A stretch of DNA of 64,000 bases from Candidatus Bathyarchaeia archaeon (GCA_041653695.1 JBAZEV010000001.1:9737-73736); one strand, 5' to 3'. Positions 36,805 through 46,072 are shown, numbered from the stretch's first letter. Notes: a model not told the origin generated them from the sequence alone. Translations and numbers: made by a program.

Positions 36805-38505
36805 ATGGTGGGGGGGAACAAATACAAGATGAAATTGTTTATTCATGTGTTCTTGTCACTTTTTTTAGTTTTATTGGTATTATCCAGTTTTTGGGGTACT
36901 TTTGATGGATTTGTTTTTGCAGAGTCCCCGCCGCTTGTTGTGGTAATTGGTTCGGATACTGTTTGGACTACTGCGGTCAGTCCATACATTCTTACTGGTC
37001 CTTTGCTTGTAAGTGAAGGCGCTACTTTAACAATCGGAGCAGGTGTTACAGTGGACTTTAATGGTTACCACATGCGTGTGGATGGTGTCCTAATTGCAAA
37101 AGGTAGTAATGCTCAAAAAATCCATTTTACTAACGGAGAAAAAATCGATTTCACATCCACCAGTGTTGGCTGGAATGAACAGACCAATTCAGGCAACCTG
37201 ATTGAATACTCTGTTATCGATTTTCCAGTCAACTGCACTGGTGTAGCAATTAAGGTAACAAACAGCGTCATCAACGGCGAACTTACTGTAGGAGATTTTT
37301 CCAGAATTTCGGATAACACAATTTTGGGTAGAACTTTTCTTTCTACAACTGGCTTGCCTTACGCACTTTACGCGACGAGTTCATGTGTGGTTACAAACAA
37401 CGTCATTAACGGAACACAAGCTACTGGACAAGCTTTCGCAGCAGTCTACACTTATTGTTATGCGGTTACTGTTTGGAACTTGTCTGTAATCTCAGGTAAC
37501 AACATTACTGGAAGTGTAGTTGCCAAAGGGTCTTCTGAAGTTTTGAACAACAATATTGTGGGAGATGTTCAATGTTGGTCTGCAACAGTTTCAGGTAACA
37601 ACATTACTGGCAAAATTAAGGGGGTTTCATGTACAGTTTCAAACAACGCTATTTCTGGTGGACAACCCACATATGATTGGGGTGGACGATCTGATGACCC
37701 ATCGTCTGCGGTTAGTATCAGCGGGTATTCATCTGTAGTTGAGAATAATTTCATATCAAGTCCGCTTGGTGGCTACGGAATACTGATTCAGGAGGGGGAT
37801 ACTGCTGTTTCGGGTAACGTAATCTTTGATTGTATAACTGGAATCAGAGCAGCAGGAGACGCAACAATAGCGGGCAACCTAATTAAAAACAATGGTTTGG
37901 GAATAGCAATAGGAAACATCGCTTTTTCTGGTTTTAACGACCACAACTATGGTTCAGGTGACGTAATAATCCGTGACAACACAATCACAAATAACGGTAA
38001 TGGAATCAGCGGTGGTAACGGCGGTTCAGCAACTATAGAACGCAATTCGATAACAAACTGTACACAAGGTATCTATGTTTTGTTGCCTGTAATTATCCAA
38101 AACAACACTATATCTGGCACTCAGGTGGCAGTTGTGGTGGGTTACTGCTCATCTATTACTTTAATCTACAATAATATCGAAAACTACACCCAAAACAGCA
38201 TCTGGTTGAAAACCTCAAACAACTTAAATGCATCCTATAACTGGTGGGGAACAACCGACACGCAAACGATTAATCAATCAATATTTGACTTCAAAAACGA
38301 CTTTAACTTGGGCACAGTAAACTTCACTTCTTTTCTAGACGAACCAAACCCGGAAGCAGAACTAGTTTCACAGCCCACGATTCCAGAGTTTTCATCATGG
38401 ATCATTTTGCCCTTATTGATGGTATTAGTCTTAATCGCAGTTGTTTCCCGCAAGAAACTGATGCACAACGTTGGTCCTTTTTTGTCTGTTTTCCGTTTTT
38501 CTTGA
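36805..38505 (+). CDS. Right-handed beta-helix surface protein with a PEF-CTERM-type signal
   Basis: Signal peptide (start ATG 36805 or 36829). Long runs of N-N-I/V-I-x-G repeats. The C-terminal region is PTIPEFSSWIILPLLMVLVLIAVVSRKKL plus a 15-aa tail. Confidence 0.8.
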   Translation: MVGGNKYKMKLFIHVFLSLFLVLLVLSSFWGTFDGFVFAESPPLVVVIGSDTVWTTAVSPYILTGPLLVSEGATLTIGAGVTVDFNGYHMRVDGVLIAKGSNAQKIHFTNGEKIDFTSTSVGWNEQTNSGNLIEYSVIDFPVNCTGVAIKVTNSVINGELTVGDFSRISDNTILGRTFLSTTGLPYALYATSSCVVTNNVINGTQATGQAFAAVYTYCYAVTVWNLSVISGNNITGSVVAKGSSEVLNNNIVGDVQCWSATVSGNNITGKIKGVSCTVSNNAISGGQPTYDWGGRSDDPSSAVSISGYSSVVENNFISSPLGGYGILIQEGDTAVSGNVIFDCITGIRAAGDATIAGNLIKNNGLGIAIGNIAFSGFNDHNYGSGDVIIRDNTITNNGNGISGGNGGSATIERNSITNCTQGIYVLLPVIIQNNTISGTQVAVVVGYCSSITLIYNNIENYTQNSIWLKTSNNLNASYNWWGTTDTQTINQSIFDFKNDFNLGTVNFTSFLDEPNPEAELVSQPTIPEFSSWIILPLLMVLVLIAVVSRKKLMHNVGPFLSVFRFS

Positions 38506-38611
38506 CTTTTTGTGGTATGTCTATGTGTTTTTCCGGTTTGGGTTTTTGGGCACTTTTTGAACGATACGTTTAAGTTTTTGGTGTTGGTAGTCTGTTGAGA
38601 GGTAAAACAGA

Positions 38612-38857
38612 ATGGTCTATGGTTATATCCTCGTTACATTGAAGTCAGGCGCTGAAAGAGACGTCTGCGAAAAAGTTGCAAACTTCGAAGAAGTAGTCCA
38701 AGTAGACGAACTCTACGGAGAATACGACGCCATCGCAAAAGTACAAGTAAAAGACCTAGCCGACCTAGACAAATTCCTAACCGACAAACTCCGCAACCTG
38801 TCAGACATATTTTTGACAACAACCATGATTGTTGCAAAAGAATACAAAAGCGAGTAA
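38612..38857 (+). CDS. Stand-alone Lrp/AsnC-type ligand-binding (RAM) domain protein
   Basis: 81 aa. MVYGYILVTLKSGAERDVCEKVANFEEVVQVDELYGEYDAIAKVQV fits the AsnC_trans_reg beta-alpha-beta-beta-alpha-beta pattern. No HTH. Confidence 0.65.
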   Translation: MVYGYILVTLKSGAERDVCEKVANFEEVVQVDELYGEYDAIAKVQVKDLADLDKFLTDKLRNLSDIFLTTTMIVAKEYKSE

Positions 38858-38950
38858 ACACACAAAATATTTAGTGGAAAGCCCCGAAGTTCCACAAATC
38901 TTTTGCAATAATCCCGAGCAGTTGAGCCCTTTTTGGTTTAATTGCTTGTT

Positions 38951-39007
38951 TTAGTCAAGAAAACTTGACTGTGTTCACTTTTTTTAGTCAATAAATGTTA
39001 ACAAAAA
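38951..39007 (+). promoter_or_regulatory. Tandem operator sites of the same family upstream of the disrupted beta-helix gene
   Basis: TTAGTCAAGAAAACTTGACT (38951-70) and TTAGTCAATAAATGTTAACAAAA (38984-39006). Confidence 0.5.
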
Positions 39008-39211
39008 ACCTTTTACATTGCATTAACAAAGTATTATTGGTGCAGTATGTGACATATTTTCGATTTTGTTGTGTCATTTTTTTATTTATTTGCATTTTCT
39101 TTATGCCTGTTTTTATTTCTGATTTTGTTGGTGCTGAAATAGGCTCCGTTTAATCATGTATGCATTAACGATGATGGAACTACTGAACCCTCGGATGCAC
39201 CTATCCGTCAT

Positions 39212-39958
39212 GTGGGCAATGTCTATACTCTGTTAAGCGATTTAGACGCTGTAATTGTTTTGAAAAATGATATCATACTTGATGGAAACGGGCACTCCGT
39301 GACTGGGCGAGGAAGAACAATGGCAATCTATGTTAGCGCAACAAACGTAACAGTAATGAATTTTGTTCTTTTTGGCTGCCAAGTGGGAATCTGGTTGAAT
39401 ATGTCTGCAAATGCAATCGTAGTTAACAACACAATAACAGACATAACAGCCGCTATTCCACAGGTTCAGACAACTGGTGCAATTTACATCTGGGGCGGCG
39501 GCTCCCATGTCATAACAGGAAATCAGATAGAGAATAGCTACGGCGGAATCGGTTTCGGTTTCACTTCAAGTAGTTGTCTGGTAGTTGGAAACAACATAAC
39601 TGGAAACACTTATGGCGTTGGACTTTGGAGCTCGTCAAATAACGTTTTCCACCATAACAACTTCATCAACAACACATTGAACGTGAATGACTGGAGTTCC
39701 ACATCCACAAACATCTGGGACAACGGCAAAGAAGGCAACTACTGGAGCGGCTACAACCAAACAAACAACAACACACATGGAATATGGGACACACCATACA
39801 CTATTGATAACAACAACCAAGACAACTACCCACTTATGTCTCCTGTGCGCGATTATGTCCTCCCAGAGTTTCAGTCATGGCTGATTTTGCCCGTTCTGGC
39901 GGCTGCAACAGCATTAACCATTTTTTATAAAAAGAAACTACCCAAAAAACCAAACTAG
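39212..39958 (+). CDS. NosD-like beta-helix surface protein with a PEF-CTERM-type signal; N-terminus disrupted (signal peptide in another frame)
   Basis: Track ORF starts at GTG. GNYWSGY..WDTPYTIDNNNQDNYPL and the C-terminus LPEFQSWLILPVLAAATALTIFYKKKLPKK. Homology to the 28173 protein continues upstream to 39143 (..INDDGTTEPSDAPIRHVGNVYTL). The signal-peptide-like ORF (about 39040-39153) is in the +1-shifted frame. Confidence 0.65.
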   Translation: MGNVYTLLSDLDAVIVLKNDIILDGNGHSVTGRGRTMAIYVSATNVTVMNFVLFGCQVGIWLNMSANAIVVNNTITDITAAIPQVQTTGAIYIWGGGSHVITGNQIENSYGGIGFGFTSSSCLVVGNNITGNTYGVGLWSSSNNVFHHNNFINNTLNVNDWSSTSTNIWDNGKEGNYWSGYNQTNNNTHGIWDTPYTIDNNNQDNYPLMSPVRDYVLPEFQSWLILPVLAAATALTIFYKKKLPKKPN

Positions 39959-40178
39959 CATTGAAACCTCAAACATATTTGAAGACTAATAGAAGTACAT
40001 TGTTGAAAACAGTATTTTTTCAGAAAAAACAGAAAGAAACAAAATTTGTGTATGTATACAATACCAAATTTTCAAGATGACCCGTTTTTGAAGAAGGTTT
40101 TGTTCTGTAACTGAAAAGGATGTTTACTGCAACGAGAACACATTACCTGCAAAAAGATTTATTCTTTAATGCACAACT

Positions 40179-41354
40179 ATGTTTGTGGGGGACGCTAAGA
40201 TACAGCGCAAAGTGGTTATTTTAACTGCAGTATTGCTTTTAGTTATAGTTGGTGTTGCATTTTTTGTTCTTGTGTCACCAAACCCCGTTGACCCTTCAGA
40301 TGTGAACATCTACAAAGAGCCTTTCTATTTCGGTATTTGCTACTGTGGAGACACCGTTGAAGACGCAAAAGCGCTGATTGACCGCGTGAAAAACTTTACG
40401 AACCTACTTGTTATAGGCTCTGGGTCTTTACAAAATACACCAACAAAACTTCGCGAAATCTGTGATTACGCGGTTTCTTCTGGGTTGAAGTTCATTGTCT
40501 ATTTCAGTGTCAATAATAACTCAGATGTGGTTGATTGGCTTGAGACCGGTACGCACAGGTGGAATGACAACCTATTAGGAATTTATTATGGAGACGAGCC
40601 CGGTGGAAAGCACCTAGATGGTGCCCCGCGAGATTTAATGAAACATATTCTGGAACGATATCCCAATCTTACTATGGACGAGGTCGCGAATGGTTTTATC
40701 GAGAACCATCAAAATGAACTGCGTGTTTTCGAAAACCAATCTGTAACCATTTTCACCTCCGATTACGCGCTTCACTGGTTTGACTACAAAGCAGGTTACG
40801 ATGTAATTTTTGCTGAGTTAGGTTGGAATAATACTATTGCACAAGAAATTGGGCTTGTCAGAGGTGCAGCAAACCTGCAAAACAAAAGCTGGGGAACAAT
40901 AATAACATGGACATACAACAATCCACCATATCTGGCGGATGGAGACATAATTTTCGAACAAATGCGTCAGTCTTACGAGTCTGGAGCGGAATACGTTGTT
41001 ATTTTTAATTATGACCAAGATTTGGGTGACCACTTTGGAACTCTACGAGAAGAACATTTTGTTGCTATGGAACAGTTTTGGTGTGATGTGATACAGAAAT
41101 CAGAAGTCGTTCATGGTGGAGACAGTGCTGAAATTGTTCTTGTTTTGCCTAAAAACTATGGTTGGGGAATGAGAACGCCACATGACGTCATCTGGGGTTA
41201 CTGGGACCCTGATGATGTATCAGACCAAATCTGGAACACGTTGCAGAACTGTCTTGCTGAGTATGGCACAAAACTGGACATAGTCTATGATGATACAATG
41301 TTTCCTGTTGACGGAAAGTATCTGCAAGTCTGTTTCTGGAATCAAACAAATTAA
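40179..41354 (+). CDS. N-terminally anchored exported protein, possible TIM-barrel glycosidase-like fold
   Basis: TM helix VVILTAVLLLVIVGVAFFVLV. Alternating beta/alpha-type sequence with GIYYGDEPGG and FAELGWNN motifs. The assignment is speculative. Confidence 0.5.
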   Translation: MFVGDAKIQRKVVILTAVLLLVIVGVAFFVLVSPNPVDPSDVNIYKEPFYFGICYCGDTVEDAKALIDRVKNFTNLLVIGSGSLQNTPTKLREICDYAVSSGLKFIVYFSVNNNSDVVDWLETGTHRWNDNLLGIYYGDEPGGKHLDGAPRDLMKHILERYPNLTMDEVANGFIENHQNELRVFENQSVTIFTSDYALHWFDYKAGYDVIFAELGWNNTIAQEIGLVRGAANLQNKSWGTIITWTYNNPPYLADGDIIFEQMRQSYESGAEYVVIFNYDQDLGDHFGTLREEHFVAMEQFWCDVIQKSEVVHGGDSAEIVLVLPKNYGWGMRTPHDVIWGYWDPDDVSDQIWNTLQNCLAEYGTKLDIVYDDTMFPVDGKYLQVCFWNQTN

Positions 41355-41395
41355 CGATTTCTTAGGAACGGCAAACGAAATCGGGGAAACACTTT

Positions 41396-41593
41396 CTAAT
41401 TCTGTTTCTGTTTTGTTTTGGATGTTATCAGCATCACGATTCCTGCGGTGAATGTTATTGCCTCGAAAAATTCGTGATGCAGTATGTCCCCTAAATCGAA
41501 TAATCTGCCGCATATTGCCACATGGTGAACAACAATTAACACACCAACCAGAACAAAAATGGCGCCTACTATGGATATCGTGTTTTTGTGCAT
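41396..41593 (-). CDS. Possible small two-TM membrane protein
   Basis: 65-aa ORF with two hydrophobic helices (IVGAIFVLVGVLIVV, ITFTAGIVMLI). Sits in an otherwise empty gap. Confidence 0.3.
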   Translation of the reverse strand: MHKNTISIVGAIFVLVGVLIVVHHVAICGRLFDLGDILHHEFFEAITFTAGIVMLITSKTKQKQN

Positions 41594-41709
41594 TATTCAT
41601 CAATGATACAGCAAACGTTTATCGTTATAAAAATCGTGTTACAAAAACGCCAAACATACACAAACCTTTATTTTTTCCCCAAACTGCAATACCCACAAGG
41701 TGAACCTAC

Positions 41710-42312
41710 TTGAAGGAACCCTTCGCCAAATTTGTTGAAACCCAGCTTGGCTCTAACATTTTGTTGATTACCTGTGGGCTTCCTGGAACATGGAAAACAG
41801 AAACCGCAGCGGAAATCTCAAAAATCAAAAATATACTAATTCTCAGAACCGACATCATACGCCTACAAGTCCTGAAAAACGAGGACATCTTTGACGCCAA
41901 AGTCGCAGGCAACATGAACAAACGCGAAAGCGTCTACGACGAAATGTTCAGGCAAGCCGAAGAACTTGCAAGAAAAGGACATGGCGTAATCTTGGACGCC
42001 ACCTTTGTAACCCAAAGCCTGCGCAGCCGAGCCGCAGAAATCGCAGAAAAAACGGGCGTACCATTTGTTATACAGCAAACTCATTGCTCTGAAGAAGCCT
42101 CACTGGCGCGTATTGGGCGTCGAACCAAAGAAAACTATGAATCAAACGCCTTAACCAAGGACGCGTATATCGCAAACAAAAACAAGTTCGAAATCGTAGA
42201 CATCGACCAACTTAAACAAAAATACCCCAAACTGCAGATAACACACCTAACCGTAGACACAGAATACGACACCCCCAAGGACTGGTACATAATCGGCAAA
42301 GAAACCCGTTAA
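41710..42312 (+). CDS. P-loop kinase (AAA_33/zeta-toxin/PNK-like)
   Basis: Walker A ITCGLPGTWKT, Walker B-like VILDATF, about 200 aa. Confidence 0.7.
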   Translation: MKEPFAKFVETQLGSNILLITCGLPGTWKTETAAEISKIKNILILRTDIIRLQVLKNEDIFDAKVAGNMNKRESVYDEMFRQAEELARKGHGVILDATFVTQSLRSRAAEIAEKTGVPFVIQQTHCSEEASLARIGRRTKENYESNALTKDAYIANKNKFEIVDIDQLKQKYPKLQITHLTVDTEYDTPKDWYIIGKETR

Positions 42313-42326
42313 CGGACACATTTTTT

Positions 42327-43193
42327 ATGATAATTGATTTGCATATACACTCGAAAACCTGCTCAGACGGAAACTATACTGTACCCGAAATCATACAAGA
42401 AGCGAAAACCCGAAACATTCAGCTAATGTCCATAACTGACCATGATGCAATCGGATGCCAAAAACAAGCCAAAAGTTTAGCACAAAAAAACCAGATAAAC
42501 TATATCACAGGCGTAGAACTGAACATAACATTCACGTTGCCACAAAACCAAAAACCCGTATCATTAGACCTTCTCGGGTACCAGTTTGATTTTAACAACA
42601 CGGCACTAAAAAACAAGCTAACCATGCTCGCGAAACACCGCCAACAACGGGCACAAAAAATCTTGGAAAACATCAACACCGAATTCCAAAAAACGGGAAT
42701 CCCAAACCTGACAAAAACTGATTTTGAGAACATCCAAAACAGCGTAGACGGCACATTGGGCAGACCACACATAGCAGATTACTTGATAAAACAAGGCATA
42801 GTAAAAGACCGCCAAGAAGCCTTCGATAAGTACCTCGTAAAATGTGACGTCCCAAAATACCCGCTGTTTCTTGAGGATGCCTCTAGCTTGGTACACAACG
42901 CGGGTGGAATCGTCGTATTAGCTCACCCCAGTGACCCGCATGGAACCTCGATGGCAAAACTTTCAGGTATGCTAAGTGAGCAAACAAAAATAATTGAACA
43001 TTATATGCTGCCTTACTTGGATGGCATCGAATGTTGGCACAGCCGAAACGACCCGCAGACAACAAACCATTACGTAACCTTTGCCAAAAAACATGGGTTA
43101 GTCATGACTGGCGGAAGCGACTGCCACCAAAAACCTGTAATCATGGGAACAGTAAACGTCCCCGATTACGTGGCAAAACAGTTCATCAAATAA
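42327..43193 (+). CDS. PHP-domain phosphoesterase
   Basis: IDLHIHS..SDG, SITDHDA, VLAHP, ECWH and GGSDCH are the PHP metal-binding motifs. Confidence 0.85.
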   Translation: MIIDLHIHSKTCSDGNYTVPEIIQEAKTRNIQLMSITDHDAIGCQKQAKSLAQKNQINYITGVELNITFTLPQNQKPVSLDLLGYQFDFNNTALKNKLTMLAKHRQQRAQKILENINTEFQKTGIPNLTKTDFENIQNSVDGTLGRPHIADYLIKQGIVKDRQEAFDKYLVKCDVPKYPLFLEDASSLVHNAGGIVVLAHPSDPHGTSMAKLSGMLSEQTKIIEHYMLPYLDGIECWHSRNDPQTTNHYVTFAKKHGLVMTGGSDCHQKPVIMGTVNVPDYVAKQFIK

Positions 43194-44199
43194 CCAACTT
43201 TTCTGCGTAATCTTGCGCTAACGCAAAATATGCCTTAGCATCCTTTATCGCCACTGCCTTCTCTTTCGTGTCCACGCCGGGGTCATTTAACTTAAAACTG
43301 ATAACCTTTCCCCGAACATACGCCCTGTAACACTTGTAAAAACCAAGAAGCAAAAACAGTTCCCTGTCGCCGGAATACTGCACATATTTTTCAACAAAAA
43401 CCTTGGACAAATCCTGCCGCTGTTTATACTCCAAATCCATAGCCAAAAACGCGACCTCTGAGGCAACGTCACAGTGCCTGAACCGCTCATTAAATTCGAT
43501 GGCATCAAAAATGTAAATCCGGTCCGCAATGAAGATGTTACCCGAATGGATGTCGCCGTGGCACTCTTTCACCCTGTTTTCTGTTACCCGCTTATTGAAC
43601 AGTGCCTTGTTTGTTTGCATGAAACTGTTAACCTTTTGTTGAATCAAATCGTAACTTTTTTTCGGTAACGTCTTGTCTACAAACTCCAAGGTTTGCTCAA
43701 AGTTCTCCTTCCAGTTGGTCTTCACAACATCAAGAGAACCCAACTCGCCAACCTCTTCGCCTGTTTTTGCGTTTTCATGAAACTCCGCGATAATCTTAGC
43801 CATTCTGTCAACAAGTTTATTGTCTACTTTGCCTTGTTCAAGCAGTCTGGTCATAATTTTTTCTTCAGCAATCCGCTTCATCTTCAACGCATATTCAACG
43901 GTTTCTCCATCACCGTTTATCCTGATAGTATCTGATTTGTTAACTGGAACAACCTCGATGTACATGTCCTCGCATAAACGCTTGTTAAGCTCTAACTCTT
44001 TTTCACAAAACACGCGCCGTTTCTCAAGAGTTGAAAAATCCAAAAACCCAAAATTTACTGCCTTTTTAACCTTGTAAACAAATTTTTCTGTTAAAAAAAC
44101 AAACGAAATATGGGTCTGCTTCAGTTCAATTCTTCCAACTTCAACGTCATACGCTTCAGGCTTCAGTAACGCCATTACAACCTGTTTCTGGTCTACCAA
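43186..44199 (-). CDS. Aminoglycoside-phosphotransferase-like (APH/ChoK fold) kinase
   Basis: Brenner-type loop CHGDIHSGNIF plus IFDAIEF (DxD-like metal site). N-terminal ..VYKVKK ATP-lysine strand. Confidence 0.7.
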   Translation of the reverse strand: MVDQKQVVMALLKPEAYDVEVGRIELKQTHISFVFLTEKFVYKVKKAVNFGFLDFSTLEKRRVFCEKELELNKRLCEDMYIEVVPVNKSDTIRINGDGETVEYALKMKRIAEEKIMTRLLEQGKVDNKLVDRMAKIIAEFHENAKTGEEVGELGSLDVVKTNWKENFEQTLEFVDKTLPKKSYDLIQQKVNSFMQTNKALFNKRVTENRVKECHGDIHSGNIFIADRIYIFDAIEFNERFRHCDVASEVAFLAMDLEYKQRQDLSKVFVEKYVQYSGDRELFLLLGFYKCYRAYVRGKVISFKLNDPGVDTKEKAVAIKDAKAYFALAQDYAEKLVI

Positions 44200-44443
44200 A
44201 CATGCTCCAACCTAAACTGTGAACACACTCTATTTCATACAACTCTGCAATATTTGGTTTATTCACCCAAAACAACACAACATCTCCAACCACACAGGCT
44301 ACAGTACTTTTACATAACATCCCCGCGCCCCCCAATGTTGAACCTTAACCCCCCGACATATGCACCGCAAAGGAACAAATACCCCCTTTTGCTTGGTTTT
44401 CTAATCGTTTAAAGTGCCCAGTTTTTTCAATTCGCCATAAAGG

Positions 44444-44452
44444 CTTAAATAT
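44444..44452 (+). promoter_or_regulatory. TATA-like box of the ribosomal-protein operon
   Basis: CTTAAATAT is centred about 34 nt upstream of the rpl22 ATG (44482). It is preceded by a >200-nt non-coding gap. Confidence 0.35.
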
Positions 44453-44481
44453 CCTTCTTGTTATGGACATGGACGATAGAT

Positions 44482-44952
44482 ATGACAAAATGGGGATACT
44501 CAATAACCGACATCGACCCAGACAAGACTGTAAAAGCTAGCGGACGCGAATTGAGGGTGTCCCACAAGCACGCACGTGAAGTTTGTTATACAATAAATGG
44601 AATGAAACTCGATCGCGCCAAAGACTATCTTAAACAGGTTGTACAAAAACGAAAAGCTGTACCTTTCCGCAGATACAATAAACATGTACCACATCGTCAC
44701 GGTTTAGAAAAAGGCTTTGCTGGACGATTTCCAGTTAAAACTGCCTCACAAATTTTAAGGGTGATTGAAGGCGCAGAAGCAAACGCCGAATATAAAGGAC
44801 TAGACATGGATAACCTAAAAATAGTCCATGCATCCGCCTACCCTGGAATGAAAGTAAAACGTTTCACACCCCGAGCTTTTGGGCGGTCGTCACCACGGTT
44901 CAACACTCTTGTTCACGTTGAAATTGTTTTGGAAGAAATGGAAGGAAATTAA
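44482..44952 (+). CDS. rpl22: 50S ribosomal protein L22 (uL22)
   Basis: MTKWGYSI..VKASGRELRVSHKHAREV..GMKL..A..YL. Position is at the head of the conserved cluster. Start refined from 44458. Confidence 0.9.
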   Translation: MTKWGYSITDIDPDKTVKASGRELRVSHKHAREVCYTINGMKLDRAKDYLKQVVQKRKAVPFRRYNKHVPHRHGLEKGFAGRFPVKTASQILRVIEGAEANAEYKGLDMDNLKIVHASAYPGMKVKRFTPRAFGRSSPRFNTLVHVEIVLEEMEGN

Positions 44953-45851
44953 TGTCTGTCGTTAAACATTTCATAGAAGATTCGATAAAAAAAGCGTCAA
45001 TTGAAGAATTCCTACAAAACGAATTCGAAAGGGCAGGATACGGCGGAGTAAACATCACAAAAACTCCACTGGGAACCCACATAGTAATCTACACAATGCG
45101 CCCTGGCCTAGTCATCGGACGAGGCGGAGAAACCATACGCGCACTCGCAACAACATTAGAAGAAAAGTTCCAGCTTCCAAGCCCACAGATTTCTGTTGCT
45201 GAAATTGAATTTCCCGAATTAAACGCTTACGTTGTAGCATCACGGATTTCATCTGCACTAAAACGTGGTGTACACTACAGACGCGCAGGCTTTTGGGCAC
45301 TTACTCAGGTCATGGAAGCAGGCGCACTTGGCGTCGAAATTATCATCAGCGGCAAGTTACGAACCGACCGCGCAAGATACGAAAAGTTCCGGACAGGTTA
45401 CTTGCCTAAAAGTGGAGAACCTCCAAGACGTTACATGCGAACAGCAGTGTTACACGTTCAAACCAAACCTGGAATGTTGGGCGTAAAAGTCAGTTTGCTC
45501 CCACCAGACTCGGTGTTTCCTGACAAAATAGCTGTACATATAGTGGAAGCGGATTTGTACCGTGAACCACCAAGACAGGTTTTGTTGGAAAAACCAGCAG
45601 TTGAAACCGAAACTGCACCAGAAGAACAACCTGCCGAAGTTGCCGAACCAGTTGTTGAACCTGAAGCAGTTCCAGATGTGGAGCCTGCCGTAGCCGAAGA
45701 AGCACCTGTAGATTCTGTTGAGAAACCCGTTGCAGTTGAGAAACCTGAGACAGAACAAAAAGAAGCCGAAGCTGCTCCTGTAGAAGAAACCCAAGAAGTA
45801 ACTGAAACAGAAACAGCTGCAGTTGAAGAAAACAAAGAGGCTGAAGAGTAA
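44952..45851 (+). CDS. rps3: 30S ribosomal protein S3 (uS3) with a ~95-aa acidic E/P/A/V-rich C-terminal extension
   Basis: KH domain LVIGRGGETIRAL and the S3 C-domain. The start overlaps the rpl22 stop (TAATG). Confidence 0.92.
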   Translation: MSVVKHFIEDSIKKASIEEFLQNEFERAGYGGVNITKTPLGTHIVIYTMRPGLVIGRGGETIRALATTLEEKFQLPSPQISVAEIEFPELNAYVVASRISSALKRGVHYRRAGFWALTQVMEAGALGVEIIISGKLRTDRARYEKFRTGYLPKSGEPPRRYMRTAVLHVQTKPGMLGVKVSLLPPDSVFPDKIAVHIVEADLYREPPRQVLLEKPAVETETAPEEQPAEVAEPVVEPEAVPDVEPAVAEEAPVDSVEKPVAVEKPETEQKEAEAAPVEETQEVTETETAAVEENKEAEE

Positions 45852-45853
45852 AA

Positions 45854-46072
45854 ATGGCAATTTTACGGTTAAAAGAAATTCGTGCATTATCTTCTGAGCA
45901 ACGTGCCCAGAAAGTTACCGAGTTCCGCACAGAACTTGCGCGACTTAAAACTATGGTTGAAGCAGGTGGCGCAATCGACAATCCTACTCGTATTCGTGAA
46001 CTGCGTAAAACAGTTGCCCGTATCCTTACAATCGAAGCCGAAGAAAAACGGGGAGTTGCAACTAAACAATGA
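45854..46072 (+). CDS. rpl29: 50S ribosomal protein L29 (uL29)
   Basis: 72 aa. LRLKEIRALSSEQRAQKVTEFRTELARLK. Confidence 0.9.
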   Translation: MAILRLKEIRALSSEQRAQKVTEFRTELARLKTMVEAGGAIDNPTRIRELRKTVARILTIEAEEKRGVATKQ

